From NCBI GenBank assembly GCA_963706025.1, contig CAVPLM010000003.1, positions 817,970-881,969 on the forward strand: a DNA stretch of 64,000 nucleotides, in the 5' to 3' direction. Below the pieces are notes generated by a model. It did not search any database. It was not told where the DNA came from and was given only the letters and a program-made list of their open reading frames with translations. The position numbers and the translations under genes are program-made. Positions 38,549 through 47,253 of the stretch are shown here, in pieces. The number at the start of each line of letters is the position of its first letter. Position 1 is the stretch's first letter. Origin of the DNA: an uncultured Actinomycetes bacterium (GTDB lineage: Bacteria; Actinomycetota; Thermoleophilia; RBG-16-64-13).

Positions 38549-39485
38549 CGGGAAAGCCTTGCGGGTAGCCTTCGGAGAGAGCGTCACGGAGATCGCGAAG
38601 CGTGATCCCCGGATCGTCATGTTGGACGGTGACGTCGGCATTTCCACTCGTGCCGACATCTTTGAGGCAGCCTACCCCGATAGGTTCTTCCAAATGGGGA
38701 TCGCGGAGCAGAACATGCTAGGCGTTGCCGCGGGCTTCGCAAGCGTTGGATTCGTTCCGTTTGTCAGTGTGTTCGCCTGTTTTGCCGTCGCCCGCGCGCT
38801 CGACTCGATCCGTGTCCTGATTGCTCAACCAAGACTAAGTGTCAAGATCGCCGGTGGGTATGCCGGGCTTCTAGCCGGCAAGACGGGGAAGACGCACCTG
38901 ATGTTGGACGATGTCTCAATCATGCGCGCCATGGCGAACATGTCGGTGATCGCCCCGGCCGACGAGATCGAGACCCGACAGGCGATCGAGGCCGCTGTCG
39001 AGATCGAGGGCCCCATGTACTTGCGGATCACCCGGGAGATCTCTCCACTGCTCTTTGACTCAACCTACAAGTTCCAGTTTGGGAAAGCGGTCGTGGTTCG
39101 GGACGGCAGTGACGTGGCGCTCATCAGCACCGGCGTGCAGACTTGCCGGGTCTTGGAAGCAGCGGAGCTCCTAGCTGCACAAGGGGTCGAGGCGCTCGTC
39201 CTGCACGTGCCTACGATCAAGCCGCTCGACTGTGACGCGATCGTCCGGGTCGCGAGAGAAACAGGCTTTGTCGTCACGATAGAAGACGGCACGGTCATCG
39301 GGGGACTCGGCGGAGCGGTGGCCGAAACGCTCGGGGATCGGTATCCAGTCACCGTGAAGCGCCTTGGCATTCTCGACGTCTTCGGTGAAAGCGGGCCGGA
39401 CGACGCCCTGCTCGAGAAGTACCGCCTCTCGCCATCCAAGGTCGCCGAAGACGTAGCAACGCTGCTCGGATCGAGCCGGGGATGA
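38535..39485 (+). CDS. Split transketolase, C-terminal subunit
   Basis: Motifs GIAEQNM, GPMYLR, PTIKPLD, GGLGGAVAE and FGESG. Confidence 0.93.
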   Translation: MALPSGKALRVAFGESVTEIAKRDPRIVMLDGDVGISTRADIFEAAYPDRFFQMGIAEQNMLGVAAGFASVGFVPFVSVFACFAVARALDSIRVLIAQPRLSVKIAGGYAGLLAGKTGKTHLMLDDVSIMRAMANMSVIAPADEIETRQAIEAAVEIEGPMYLRITREISPLLFDSTYKFQFGKAVVVRDGSDVALISTGVQTCRVLEAAELLAAQGVEALVLHVPTIKPLDCDAIVRVARETGFVVTIEDGTVIGGLGGAVAETLGDRYPVTVKRLGILDVFGESGPDDALLEKYRLSPSKVAEDVATLLGSSRG

Positions 39486-39561
39486 GCAGCAACAGCGGCG
39501 CGGGATGTGCACACGCCCAGTTGACCCCGGCTACCCCAGTTCGGCGGCGGCTCTACACCGG

Positions 39562-40332
39562 TTAGGTGCCCCGGCGCGCGGTCGCGAATTCGGCGAGTGA
39601 TTCGTCTTCGTTCGATGCTTTCGCAGCAACGAGCTCCGGTGACGCCGCCATATCGCGCAGAAAGAGCTCCAGGATTCTTCTGGAGATGCCGTCGGTCACG
39701 AACTCTTCGATTCCCATCAGCTTTGTAACGTCCTCAGCCCAGAAGAGAAGCATCATCTCGTAGGCCGCTACCCGCGGGTCCATGTCTGGACGGATGGTGC
39801 CCTGTCGTTTTCCTTCTTCCACGAAACCGGCGAGTGTCTTCAGGGTCTCGCGCTGCCTCTCACTCGAGACTTCGCAGAGGCCGGAGTCTGGGGGAGCCGT
39901 GAGGACCTCGAAGGTAGGGAGGACAAAACCGTCGAACTCTCCCGAGATAAAGGTGGAGTGGGTTTCGGCGAGGGTTCGGAGGCGGTCGAGCACGTTGGGC
40001 TCGGACGGCACGGTCAGGTGCATGACTACCCTCTCGCACATGACTTCCACAGCGGCAAGCAGCATATCTTGCCTACTGGGGAAGTGGGCATACAGCGATG
40101 GTGCCTCCATCCCGACTTCCTCGGCGATCCGGGATACCGTTGTGCCGTGGAGTCCGTGGCGAGCTATCAGCCGAAGCGTCGCGTCGGCGATCTGGGCCTT
40201 TCTCTCGAGACCGCTAAGTCGAGCTCGGGGCATCTTGTTCCCGGTCTTGCGGGGGCTGCTACCTTGCGGAGCTTTCCGGTCGTTTCTTCCTCTCTCTGGC
40301 GTTCCGTCCAACGGGATTACCTTCTCTCGCAA
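39562..40332 (-). CDS. TetR/AcrR-family regulator (start may be ATG 40233)
   Basis: HTH RKAQIADATLRLIARHGLHGTTVSRIAEEVGMEAPSLYAHFPSR. Confidence 0.9.
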   Translation of the reverse strand: MREKVIPLDGTPERGRNDRKAPQGSSPRKTGNKMPRARLSGLERKAQIADATLRLIARHGLHGTTVSRIAEEVGMEAPSLYAHFPSRQDMLLAAVEVMCERVVMHLTVPSEPNVLDRLRTLAETHSTFISGEFDGFVLPTFEVLTAPPDSGLCEVSSERQRETLKTLAGFVEEGKRQGTIRPDMDPRVAAYEMMLLFWAEDVTKLMGIEEFVTDGISRRILELFLRDMAASPELVAAKASNEDESLAEFATARRGT

Positions 40333-40502
40333 GAGCCTTCTTGACGACTATGACGACTGTCGATCTTCTCGCCGAGACTGAGTGACTGATTCCTCAGAAT
40401 AGTGCTCCGGCCGCGGTTCGGTCTAGCGCCGATCGGGACCCGCAACTCGTTTTCCGATTCTTCCTTGACGTGCCGACCGTGCGCATGGCACGGATACTAT
40501 TC

Positions 40503-40666
40503 TACCTAACAAGCAAAGTTAGGTAATGCGCGAAAGCGAAGACCGTTCGTGGCGATTGCCGGCGCGACCTTTCCCGGCGACACCGGTTGCCTGTGAGACT
40601 CGCACTTGATGTGCAAGCCGTCACGTGGTATAGGCACTGCTATACCTAACAAACGCAAGTTAGGTA
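40503..40666. promoter_or_regulatory. Two TetR-type inverted-repeat operators in the divergent tetR/lactonase region
   Basis: TACCTAAC-N7-GTTAGGTA (40503-40525) and TACCTAAC-N8-GTTAGGTA (40643-40666); the second lies just after TTGATG-N17-TATAGG. Confidence 0.8.
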
Positions 40667-40685
40667 ACCCGAAGGAGGGATCAGG

Positions 40686-41516
40686 ATGAAGAAGACGAGG
40701 CTTAGCCTCCTGGATAGCGGCACCTTGGCTCTAGAAGGATACAAGCTGTTCTGGGGGCGTGGCTCGGCCGAGCTTGTCCGCTTCGCCAGTTACAGCGTGC
40801 TGATCGATCACAAGGACGGCCTGTTCCTCTTCGACAGCGGATACGACGGCGACTTCATGGACAAGTGGACCCCGCAAGACCATGCGATCCACAGCCCGGA
40901 GCAGACCATACCGGCTCAGTTCGCCAAGCTTGGGATCGACATGAGCGAGGTGCGGTACATCCTGAACTCGCACCTTCACATCGATCATGTGGGTGGCTTC
41001 AAGTTCCTCCCCGACGCGACTATCGTCGTGCATGAGAAGGAATACCAAGCTGCCAAGGACCCCATGCCGTTCGAATACCAGAGCTATTCGGACCTGTCCT
41101 TCGATCCTGAACTCCACCGGCTGAACTTCATGGGGGCGCGAGACATCCTGGGCCGGGCCGGCACGGAGGAGACCAAGCCGGCCAACCCGCGGTCGCCGAG
41201 GTACGAGTTCGTCGACAAGGACATCGAAGTCGCCGAAGGCATCTGGCTTTACGAGACTCCTGGCCACTCCCTGGGTCACATGAGCCTCGTGGTTGAGGGT
41301 CTACAGCGCGCGCCCATGATGTTCCCGGCCGACGCCTGTCACCTCCCGCGGCACTTGGAGGAGATGATCGTGCCGGGATTCCATGTAGACCCGGTTGCTG
41401 CGTACCGGTCGATTGAGAAGGTGAAAGCGACCGCCGCTAAGCACGGCGCCGAGGTCTTCTTCGGGCATCCTCCGGGAGATTCGCTCTGCTACCGCAAGGC
41501 TCCGGCTTGGTACTGA
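40686..41516 (+). CDS. Metallo-beta-lactamase-fold lactonase, 4-pyridoxolactonase-like (AHL-lactonase family)
   Basis: Motifs SHLHIDHVGG and TPGHSLGH. LLDSGTLALEGYKLFWGRG..VRF.SYSVLI, PFEYQSYSDLSF and FHVDPVA recall Mesorhizobium 4-pyridoxolactonase (from memory). Confidence 0.8.
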   Translation: MKKTRLSLLDSGTLALEGYKLFWGRGSAELVRFASYSVLIDHKDGLFLFDSGYDGDFMDKWTPQDHAIHSPEQTIPAQFAKLGIDMSEVRYILNSHLHIDHVGGFKFLPDATIVVHEKEYQAAKDPMPFEYQSYSDLSFDPELHRLNFMGARDILGRAGTEETKPANPRSPRYEFVDKDIEVAEGIWLYETPGHSLGHMSLVVEGLQRAPMMFPADACHLPRHLEEMIVPGFHVDPVAAYRSIEKVKATAAKHGAEVFFGHPPGDSLCYRKAPAWY

Positions 41517-42976
41517 TGAACGCTACCGACATCACCGACCTGCGCACGGCGCTCGAGTTTCTCGAGGCGATACCCGGCCAACTGGTGTCGACGAGAGTGG
41601 AGGTCGACCCGTACCTCGAGTTGGCCGGTATCTACAGACGGGTGGGATCCGGCACGCCGACGGCTCCACCCACTCAGATCGGCCCGGCCATGCTGTTCCA
41701 GAACGTCAAGGGCCACGACGTGTCGGTGGTCGCCGGAGTGCTGGCCAGCCGGGAGCGTACTGCCCTTCTCCTGGGAAGCAAAAAGGAACGGCTGGCCTTC
41801 GATCTGCTCGCGGCCTTGGAGCACCCCGTGCCGGCGGTGGACATCCCAGAGGGGACCGGGGCCCCGTGCCAGGAAGTGGTCATCGAGCCGCCATTCGACA
41901 TCCGGAGATTCATTCCGGCGATGATCAGTACCAAGAAGGACGCCGGAGTCTTTCTGAACATGGCAATAGTCCGCGCTGAGGATCCTGAGAACGGCCAATC
42001 GGACGTCACGTTCCATCGCATGTGCATCCATGGACCCGAAACCATGACGGTGGAGTTCACGCCCGGCCGCCACATCGACTGCTTCCGACTGAAGGCTGAG
42101 GCGAAGGGCAGGCCTTTCCCTGCTTCGATCAATATCGGCTTGGACCCGGCCGTGCACGTGGCCACGTCCTTCGAACCCCCCACAACGCCTCTCGGATTCG
42201 ACGAATTGACGGTCGCCGGCGCCTTGCGGCAACGGCCCGTTGAGCTGGCGGGTTGCGTCACGCAGCCCACACGAGCCCTTGCTCGGGCCGAGATCGTTCT
42301 GGAAGGGGAGTTCAGACCGGGCGAGTATGTGGACGAAGACGCGGTCAGCCGGACTGGGTGGGCCATGCCTGAGTTCCCGGGCTACGTGGGCAAGGCCCAT
42401 CTTCATCAGCCTGTCTTCCATGTGACCGCAATCACTCACAGGACCGATCCTATCTTTCAGGTACTGATTGGACCGGGAGAGGAGCACGTGACCCTCACGG
42501 GTCTACCCACTGAAGCCAGCATCTACAGGCTCATCCATAATGCCATGCCCGGCTTCCTCCAGAATGTGTACTGCCATTCATCGGGGGGTGGCAAATACCT
42601 GGCCGTGCTACAGGTGAAGAAGAGACATTCGATGGACGAGGGCCGGCAGCGTCAAGCAGCGCTGACCGCGCTCGCCGCTTTCGCGGAGTTGAAGCACGTC
42701 ATTATCGTCGACGACGATGTGGATCTTTATGACACAAATGATGTCATGTGGGCCATGACCACCCGCTATCAGGGAGACGTGGACACCATCTGCATCCCGG
42801 GCGTGCGCTGCCACCCCTTGGACCCGACCGCCAACCCTGAATACAACCCGATGTTGCGCGACAGGGGCCTTTCCTGCAAGACCATCTTCGACTGTACGGC
42901 TCCCTTCGGCATGAAGGAGCACTTTGAGCGTTCCCAGTTCGTAGATGTGGACCTGAGGAAGTTCCTGGCTGAGTGA
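41516..42976 (+). CDS. UbiD-family prFMN decarboxylase, AroY/LpdC (protocatechuate/gallate) clade
   Basis: Motifs EVDP..ELAGIYR, PTQIGPAMLF, FEPPTTPLGFDEL, AMPEFPGY, EEHV and HPLDP; the ATG overlaps the lactonase TGA. Confidence 0.9.
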   Translation: MNATDITDLRTALEFLEAIPGQLVSTRVEVDPYLELAGIYRRVGSGTPTAPPTQIGPAMLFQNVKGHDVSVVAGVLASRERTALLLGSKKERLAFDLLAALEHPVPAVDIPEGTGAPCQEVVIEPPFDIRRFIPAMISTKKDAGVFLNMAIVRAEDPENGQSDVTFHRMCIHGPETMTVEFTPGRHIDCFRLKAEAKGRPFPASINIGLDPAVHVATSFEPPTTPLGFDELTVAGALRQRPVELAGCVTQPTRALARAEIVLEGEFRPGEYVDEDAVSRTGWAMPEFPGYVGKAHLHQPVFHVTAITHRTDPIFQVLIGPGEEHVTLTGLPTEASIYRLIHNAMPGFLQNVYCHSSGGGKYLAVLQVKKRHSMDEGRQRQAALTALAAFAELKHVIIVDDDVDLYDTNDVMWAMTTRYQGDVDTICIPGVRCHPLDPTANPEYNPMLRDRGLSCKTIFDCTAPFGMKEHFERSQFVDVDLRKFLAE

Positions 42977-43082
42977 AGATCAGACGTGGAGAAAGACCAC
43001 CGTACATTGTGTCGGGGCTCCAGAGAGGTCCGACTATGATGAGATTCTGGGCCGTGTCATGCCGACCTTAAGGAGACTACAG

Positions 43083-44393
43083 ATGACATCTGATACCAGA
43101 ACCAACGAGTTGCATAGACGGGCAATGAAGGTGATGCCCGGGCCACAGAGCAATCTTCGCATGCCCATCAACATCAGACCCACGTTCATCGAGCGGGGAC
43201 AGGGGTGCCATTTGTGGGATGTGGATGGGAACGAGTACATAGACTACATGATCGCGGCAGGGCCAGGGGTGCTTGGACAGAGTAACCCGGAATTCACCGA
43301 CGCCATGAAGAACCAGCTGGACAAACTGCTCTACTCAGTTTCAGGAGCTTCGCAGACGCCCATGGAAGTTGATCTTGCCGAGAAGCTCGTACAGATTATT
43401 CCATGCGCAGAGAAGGTCAGGTTCCTTCTATCGGGAACAGAAGCGGTACAGTTGGCCATAAGACTGGCCAGGGGCTATACGGGGCGTCGCTACTTCGTAC
43501 GTTTTGAGGGAAGCTACCATGGCTGGTTGGACAATGTCCTCGGCGGACTGGTTCATGACGACCCATTGGAGAACCCTTTTCCGTACGAAGGAGAGAGCGA
43601 TTCCCTGGGGACCGCTGGGCGAGATCCTTCTGCCTTCGAGCAATGCTTCTGCCTACCATACAATGATATTGAAGTATTCGAGAAAGTGCTTGATCGCTGG
43701 GGTGATCAGGTTGCCATGGTCCTTGTTGAGACGATCCAGGCGAGCGGGGTCATATCCCCGAGACCCGGCTATCTGGAACGCGTACAGGCGCTGTGTCGCA
43801 AATACGGTATCGTCCTTTGCTTCGATGAGGTAGTCACCGGTTTTCGAGTGGCGTTGGGGGGTGCCCAGGAGCTTTTGGGGATCACCCCGGATCTGGCCAT
43901 CTACGGCAAGGCACTCTCAGCCGGCTTACCCTTAGCGGCATTGGCTGGTCGAAGCGATATCATGGATCTCCTGCTGGGACCCAAGGTAGTGGGCGCCGGT
44001 ACATTTAACGGCTACCCTCTGGGGATATCTGCGGCATTGACCACCGTGAAAATCCTGGAAAGAAATAATGGGGCTATATACGGGCAAGTAGATCATGTGC
44101 AAACCAAGCTCATTGAAGGATTGAGAGCAATTCTGAAGCGTCATAAAGTCACGGCGGTGATCCAGAGCGTTAGGGGCATTTTCATCGTCCATTTCACAGA
44201 CAAAGCTGTTGTCTGGAGTGTAAGAGACCTCACGACAGCGGACTCCGCCATGGCTCACCAGTTCCGCCTACGTCTGGCCGATGAGGGTGTACTGATTCTA
44301 TTTGGCGGCCGCTGGCTAATCACCAGTGCTCACACTGAGGAGGACGTAAATAGAACGCTGGAGTGTGCGGATAGGGCTGTGGGCCGGTTATGA
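43083..44393 (+). CDS. Class-III PLP aminotransferase (GSA-aminomutase-like), lower GC
   Basis: Motifs DVDGNEYIDY, SGTEA, FEGSYHG, FDEVVTGFR, PDL..YGKAL and GTFNG. Confidence 0.88.
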   Translation: MTSDTRTNELHRRAMKVMPGPQSNLRMPINIRPTFIERGQGCHLWDVDGNEYIDYMIAAGPGVLGQSNPEFTDAMKNQLDKLLYSVSGASQTPMEVDLAEKLVQIIPCAEKVRFLLSGTEAVQLAIRLARGYTGRRYFVRFEGSYHGWLDNVLGGLVHDDPLENPFPYEGESDSLGTAGRDPSAFEQCFCLPYNDIEVFEKVLDRWGDQVAMVLVETIQASGVISPRPGYLERVQALCRKYGIVLCFDEVVTGFRVALGGAQELLGITPDLAIYGKALSAGLPLAALAGRSDIMDLLLGPKVVGAGTFNGYPLGISAALTTVKILERNNGAIYGQVDHVQTKLIEGLRAILKRHKVTAVIQSVRGIFIVHFTDKAVVWSVRDLTTADSAMAHQFRLRLADEGVLILFGGRWLITSAHTEEDVNRTLECADRAVGRL

Positions 44394-44607
44394 TTTGTGG
44401 ATAGGAAAAGCTCGAACAATACATGTTCACCTTTGAAACCAATAAAACTGCCAGCTTATCCAACATCTAAAGATATTCACAGAACTTCGCACGGCAAAAA
44501 CCATATCTTCACCATACTCACGAAACATCCAAGAGGAAACTAGACCAACCAATGAACCATAGATGTTACAAGGCGTGGCCCACGTGGGTACCAAAGACTA
44601 TTGGGAG

Positions 44608-44680
44608 CGAGGAGTCCCCGGCGGGGTACGATTGGGTCTAGGTCTGGATGTAGCTCCAACCGCGAGTGACTCGACTCTCC
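44608..44680 (+). repeat. 73-bp direct repeat, right copy
   Basis: Same sequence as 22932-23004 with one A/G mismatch; it contributes GTGACT(-35)-N17-TACAGT upstream of the exonuclease gene. Confidence 0.95.
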
Positions 44681-44729
44681 ACCCGCACTACAGTAGCTAC
44701 GGTGCTCACTCCAACGAGGTGCTCCCTAG

Positions 44730-45929
44730 ATGACAACATGGCGAGTTGATCGTCTTCTTGTCGTTGATGTGGAGACGACCGGCCTGTACAACTCGGACCG
44801 GGTCGTCGAAGTAGCCGCGGTGACGCTGTCGGCGGGCGGACAGATCGTCGACGAGTGGGACACCCTCGTCAATCCGGGCCGTGACGTCGGCCCGACACAC
44901 ATCCATGGAGTCACTGCCTCGATGGTGTCGGCCGCCCCCTGCTTCGAAGAGGTGGCCGAGGCGTTGGCCGGCCGCGTCGATGGCGCCGTTCTTGTCGCCC
45001 ACAACCTAGCCTTTGATTCGCGGATGCTGACCAACGAGTATGCTCGACTCGGCACCACGCTGGATCCCGGCAGAGGAGTCTGTACCTTGGCCCAGTGTGG
45101 GCAGCGCCTTGAAGATGCCTGCGCCACGCACGGGGTCGAACTCCACCATCATCATCGGGCCCTGGCGGACGCACGTGCGACTGCGCAACTTCTGATTGCT
45201 GCCCGATGCGCGGTGGACGAGTCTTCGCCCGCGAGAGTCGGGAGTCTTAGCAGCCCGGCCTGCCCCCGCACTCTCCGACGGGACGCCGTTCTCGCCGATT
45301 CCAGCGCAGAGATGCCCTATCTCGCGCGGCTGGCCGCCTATTCTCATCACCGAGCCGAGCGAGGGGCGAGCCTTGTGTACCTCGACATGCTTGATTGGGC
45401 GCTTGACGACCTAGCCGTTTCTCCCGAGGAATGGTCCGAGCTATCGAGGTTGGCCTCGAGCCTCGGCATGACAGACGCGGGCATAGAATCTGCTCATCAA
45501 CGCTATCTTCGCGAGTTGGTGGTCGCGGCGGGTCGTGACGGCAGGATTACCGACCAGGAGTATGCGCTTCTCAGGAGGGCGGTTGACGCGCTGCATCTCG
45601 AACCCACACTGCTGGACGAGGCAGTGAAGCCCTTCATGGAGGTAGCCCATCTGCTTCGAATCCAACCCGATATGAGCGTCTGCTTCACGGGCAGCGCAAC
45701 ATACTCCGACGGCACAGAGATACCGCGAGATAGACTCATCCGCATTGCCCAGAGCCTGGGTCTCCGGGTGGTGGACTCCGTGACCAAGAAAGGGTGCGAC
45801 TTCTTGGTGGCGGCAGACCCGAGTTCGCTCTCGGGCAAGGCGAGCAAGGCCCGTGGGTATCACGTTCCGATTGTTGATGTACGGGACTTCGCATGTGCGG
45901 ACACCGGGGCCGGGATTCCAGCTTTCTGA
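44730..45929 (+). CDS. DEDDh 3'-5' exonuclease with a TerB-like middle domain and a C-terminal BRCT domain
   Basis: Motifs VVDVETTG, VAHNLAFD and HRALADA; DGRITDQEYALL; BRCT VCFTG..SVTKK..LVAADP.SLSGKASKA. Confidence 0.88.
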   Translation: MTTWRVDRLLVVDVETTGLYNSDRVVEVAAVTLSAGGQIVDEWDTLVNPGRDVGPTHIHGVTASMVSAAPCFEEVAEALAGRVDGAVLVAHNLAFDSRMLTNEYARLGTTLDPGRGVCTLAQCGQRLEDACATHGVELHHHHRALADARATAQLLIAARCAVDESSPARVGSLSSPACPRTLRRDAVLADSSAEMPYLARLAAYSHHRAERGASLVYLDMLDWALDDLAVSPEEWSELSRLASSLGMTDAGIESAHQRYLRELVVAAGRDGRITDQEYALLRRAVDALHLEPTLLDEAVKPFMEVAHLLRIQPDMSVCFTGSATYSDGTEIPRDRLIRIAQSLGLRVVDSVTKKGCDFLVAADPSSLSGKASKARGYHVPIVDVRDFACADTGAGIPAF

Positions 45930-46010
45930 TTCTGAGCGAAGGCACCGGGTCAGCAATGGGCTCTTGCTTCGGAGCGACCTTCATCGACTCCTCGTGTCTG
46001 GCCTTGATGG
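45930..46010 (+). pseudogene. HNH endonuclease C-terminal relic
   Basis: HRVSNGLLLRSDLHRL, typical of the HNH_2 NGLLLRxDLHxLFD motif. Confidence 0.6.
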
Positions 46011-46107
46011 TAAGCTTGGCTTGCGCGGTTCCAGGCATGATTGGCATCGCGGTGGCCGGCGCTCTCGGCCGGGTGGCGGGTCGCAGGGCAGAGATGCGGA
46101 GGCGAGG

Positions 46108-47253
46108 GTGTTGCGTGTCGAGATAAAGCCCGAACTGCTGCGCTGGGCGTGGGAGCGCGCCGGGTTTGACCTTCGCGAATTGACCCAGCGTATCCCGCAG
46201 CTCCCCTCGTGGTATCGCGAGGAGACTCATCCCACCTTGAAACAGGTCGAAGGCTTCGCGAAAGCCACGCACACCCCTGTTGGCTACCTGTTCCTTCAGA
46301 CGCCACCCGTCGAGCGGGTCCCTATCCCAGATTTGCGAACAATTGGCAGCGCACGTAGTGAGCGCCCCAGCCCTGACTTGCTAGACACACTCTACCTTTG
46401 CCAGCAGCGCCAGGAGTGGTTCCGCGACTACGCTCGATCCTTCGGTGACCAGGTGCTTCCATTCGTGGGGTCCGTCGACCTGACAAGCAATGTTGAGAGG
46501 ACCGCGGCCGGCATGCGAAACGCCCTGGGGTTCGACCTCGAGGAGCGCCGCCGAGCCTCGACGTGGACCGACGCGCTGCGCGGTTTCATCGAGCAGGCGG
46601 ACGCTCTTGGCGTGCTCGTGATGGTAAGCGGCATCGTCGGCAACAACACTCGGCGCAAGCTCGATCCCGACGAGTTCCGGGGCTTTGCCTTGTCGGATAG
46701 GCTGGCGCCACTCGTGTTCATCAACGGCGCGGATACCAAGGCGGCGCAGATGTTCACCTTGGCGCACGAGCTGGCCCATCTATGGCTCGGTGAATCCGCG
46801 CTATCCAACGTCGAGCCCCTGTCCTCGCCGTCGCAGCGAATCGAGGCGTGGTGCAACCGGGTCGCGGCCGAATTCCTGGTGCCTCTGGCCGCTCTGCGGG
46901 GTGTATATCGTGAGGACTCCGATACTCGGTCCGAAGTTGACCGTCTTGCTCGTATCTTCAAGGTCAGCACGCTGGTCATCCTGCGTCGCATCCATGATGC
47001 CGGCGGCATAACGCAGGATCAGCTTAGGAAAGCTTATGCTGAAGAACTGGAACGATTGCGAGCCATTCCCCGAGGAACAGGCGGCGACTTCTATCTGACT
47101 CAGGGGGCGCGGGTTGGCAAACGCTTCGCGCGCGCGCTGGTTGCGAGCACGCTGGAGGGCCAGACACTTCACCGCGATGCCTTTCGTCTTCTCGGCATCT
47201 CGAAGTTGGCGACATTCCGCGATCTCGGCCACAGCCTGGGAGTCGTCTCGTGA
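46108..47253 (+). CDS. XRE-HTH + ImmA/IrrE (M78) Zn metallopeptidase
   Basis: IKPELLRWAWERAG..PTLKQV, FRGFAL and FTLAHELAHLW (HExxH); GGAGG precedes GTG 46108. Confidence 0.9.
   Translation: MLRVEIKPELLRWAWERAGFDLRELTQRIPQLPSWYREETHPTLKQVEGFAKATHTPVGYLFLQTPPVERVPIPDLRTIGSARSERPSPDLLDTLYLCQQRQEWFRDYARSFGDQVLPFVGSVDLTSNVERTAAGMRNALGFDLEERRRASTWTDALRGFIEQADALGVLVMVSGIVGNNTRRKLDPDEFRGFALSDRLAPLVFINGADTKAAQMFTLAHELAHLWLGESALSNVEPLSSPSQRIEAWCNRVAAEFLVPLAALRGVYREDSDTRSEVDRLARIFKVSTLVILRRIHDAGGITQDQLRKAYAEELERLRAIPRGTGGDFYLTQGARVGKRFARALVASTLEGQTLHRDAFRLLGISKLATFRDLGHSLGVVS

Noticed and set aside
43083-44393. Calling the aminotransferase hemL
   Set aside because: It lacks the PGGVNSPVR signature and has no tetrapyrrole gene context.
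45853-46107. Functional HNH-ImmA fusion protein
   Set aside because: Only about 16 residues of the HNH motif remain, and ImmA has its own RBS and start at 46108.
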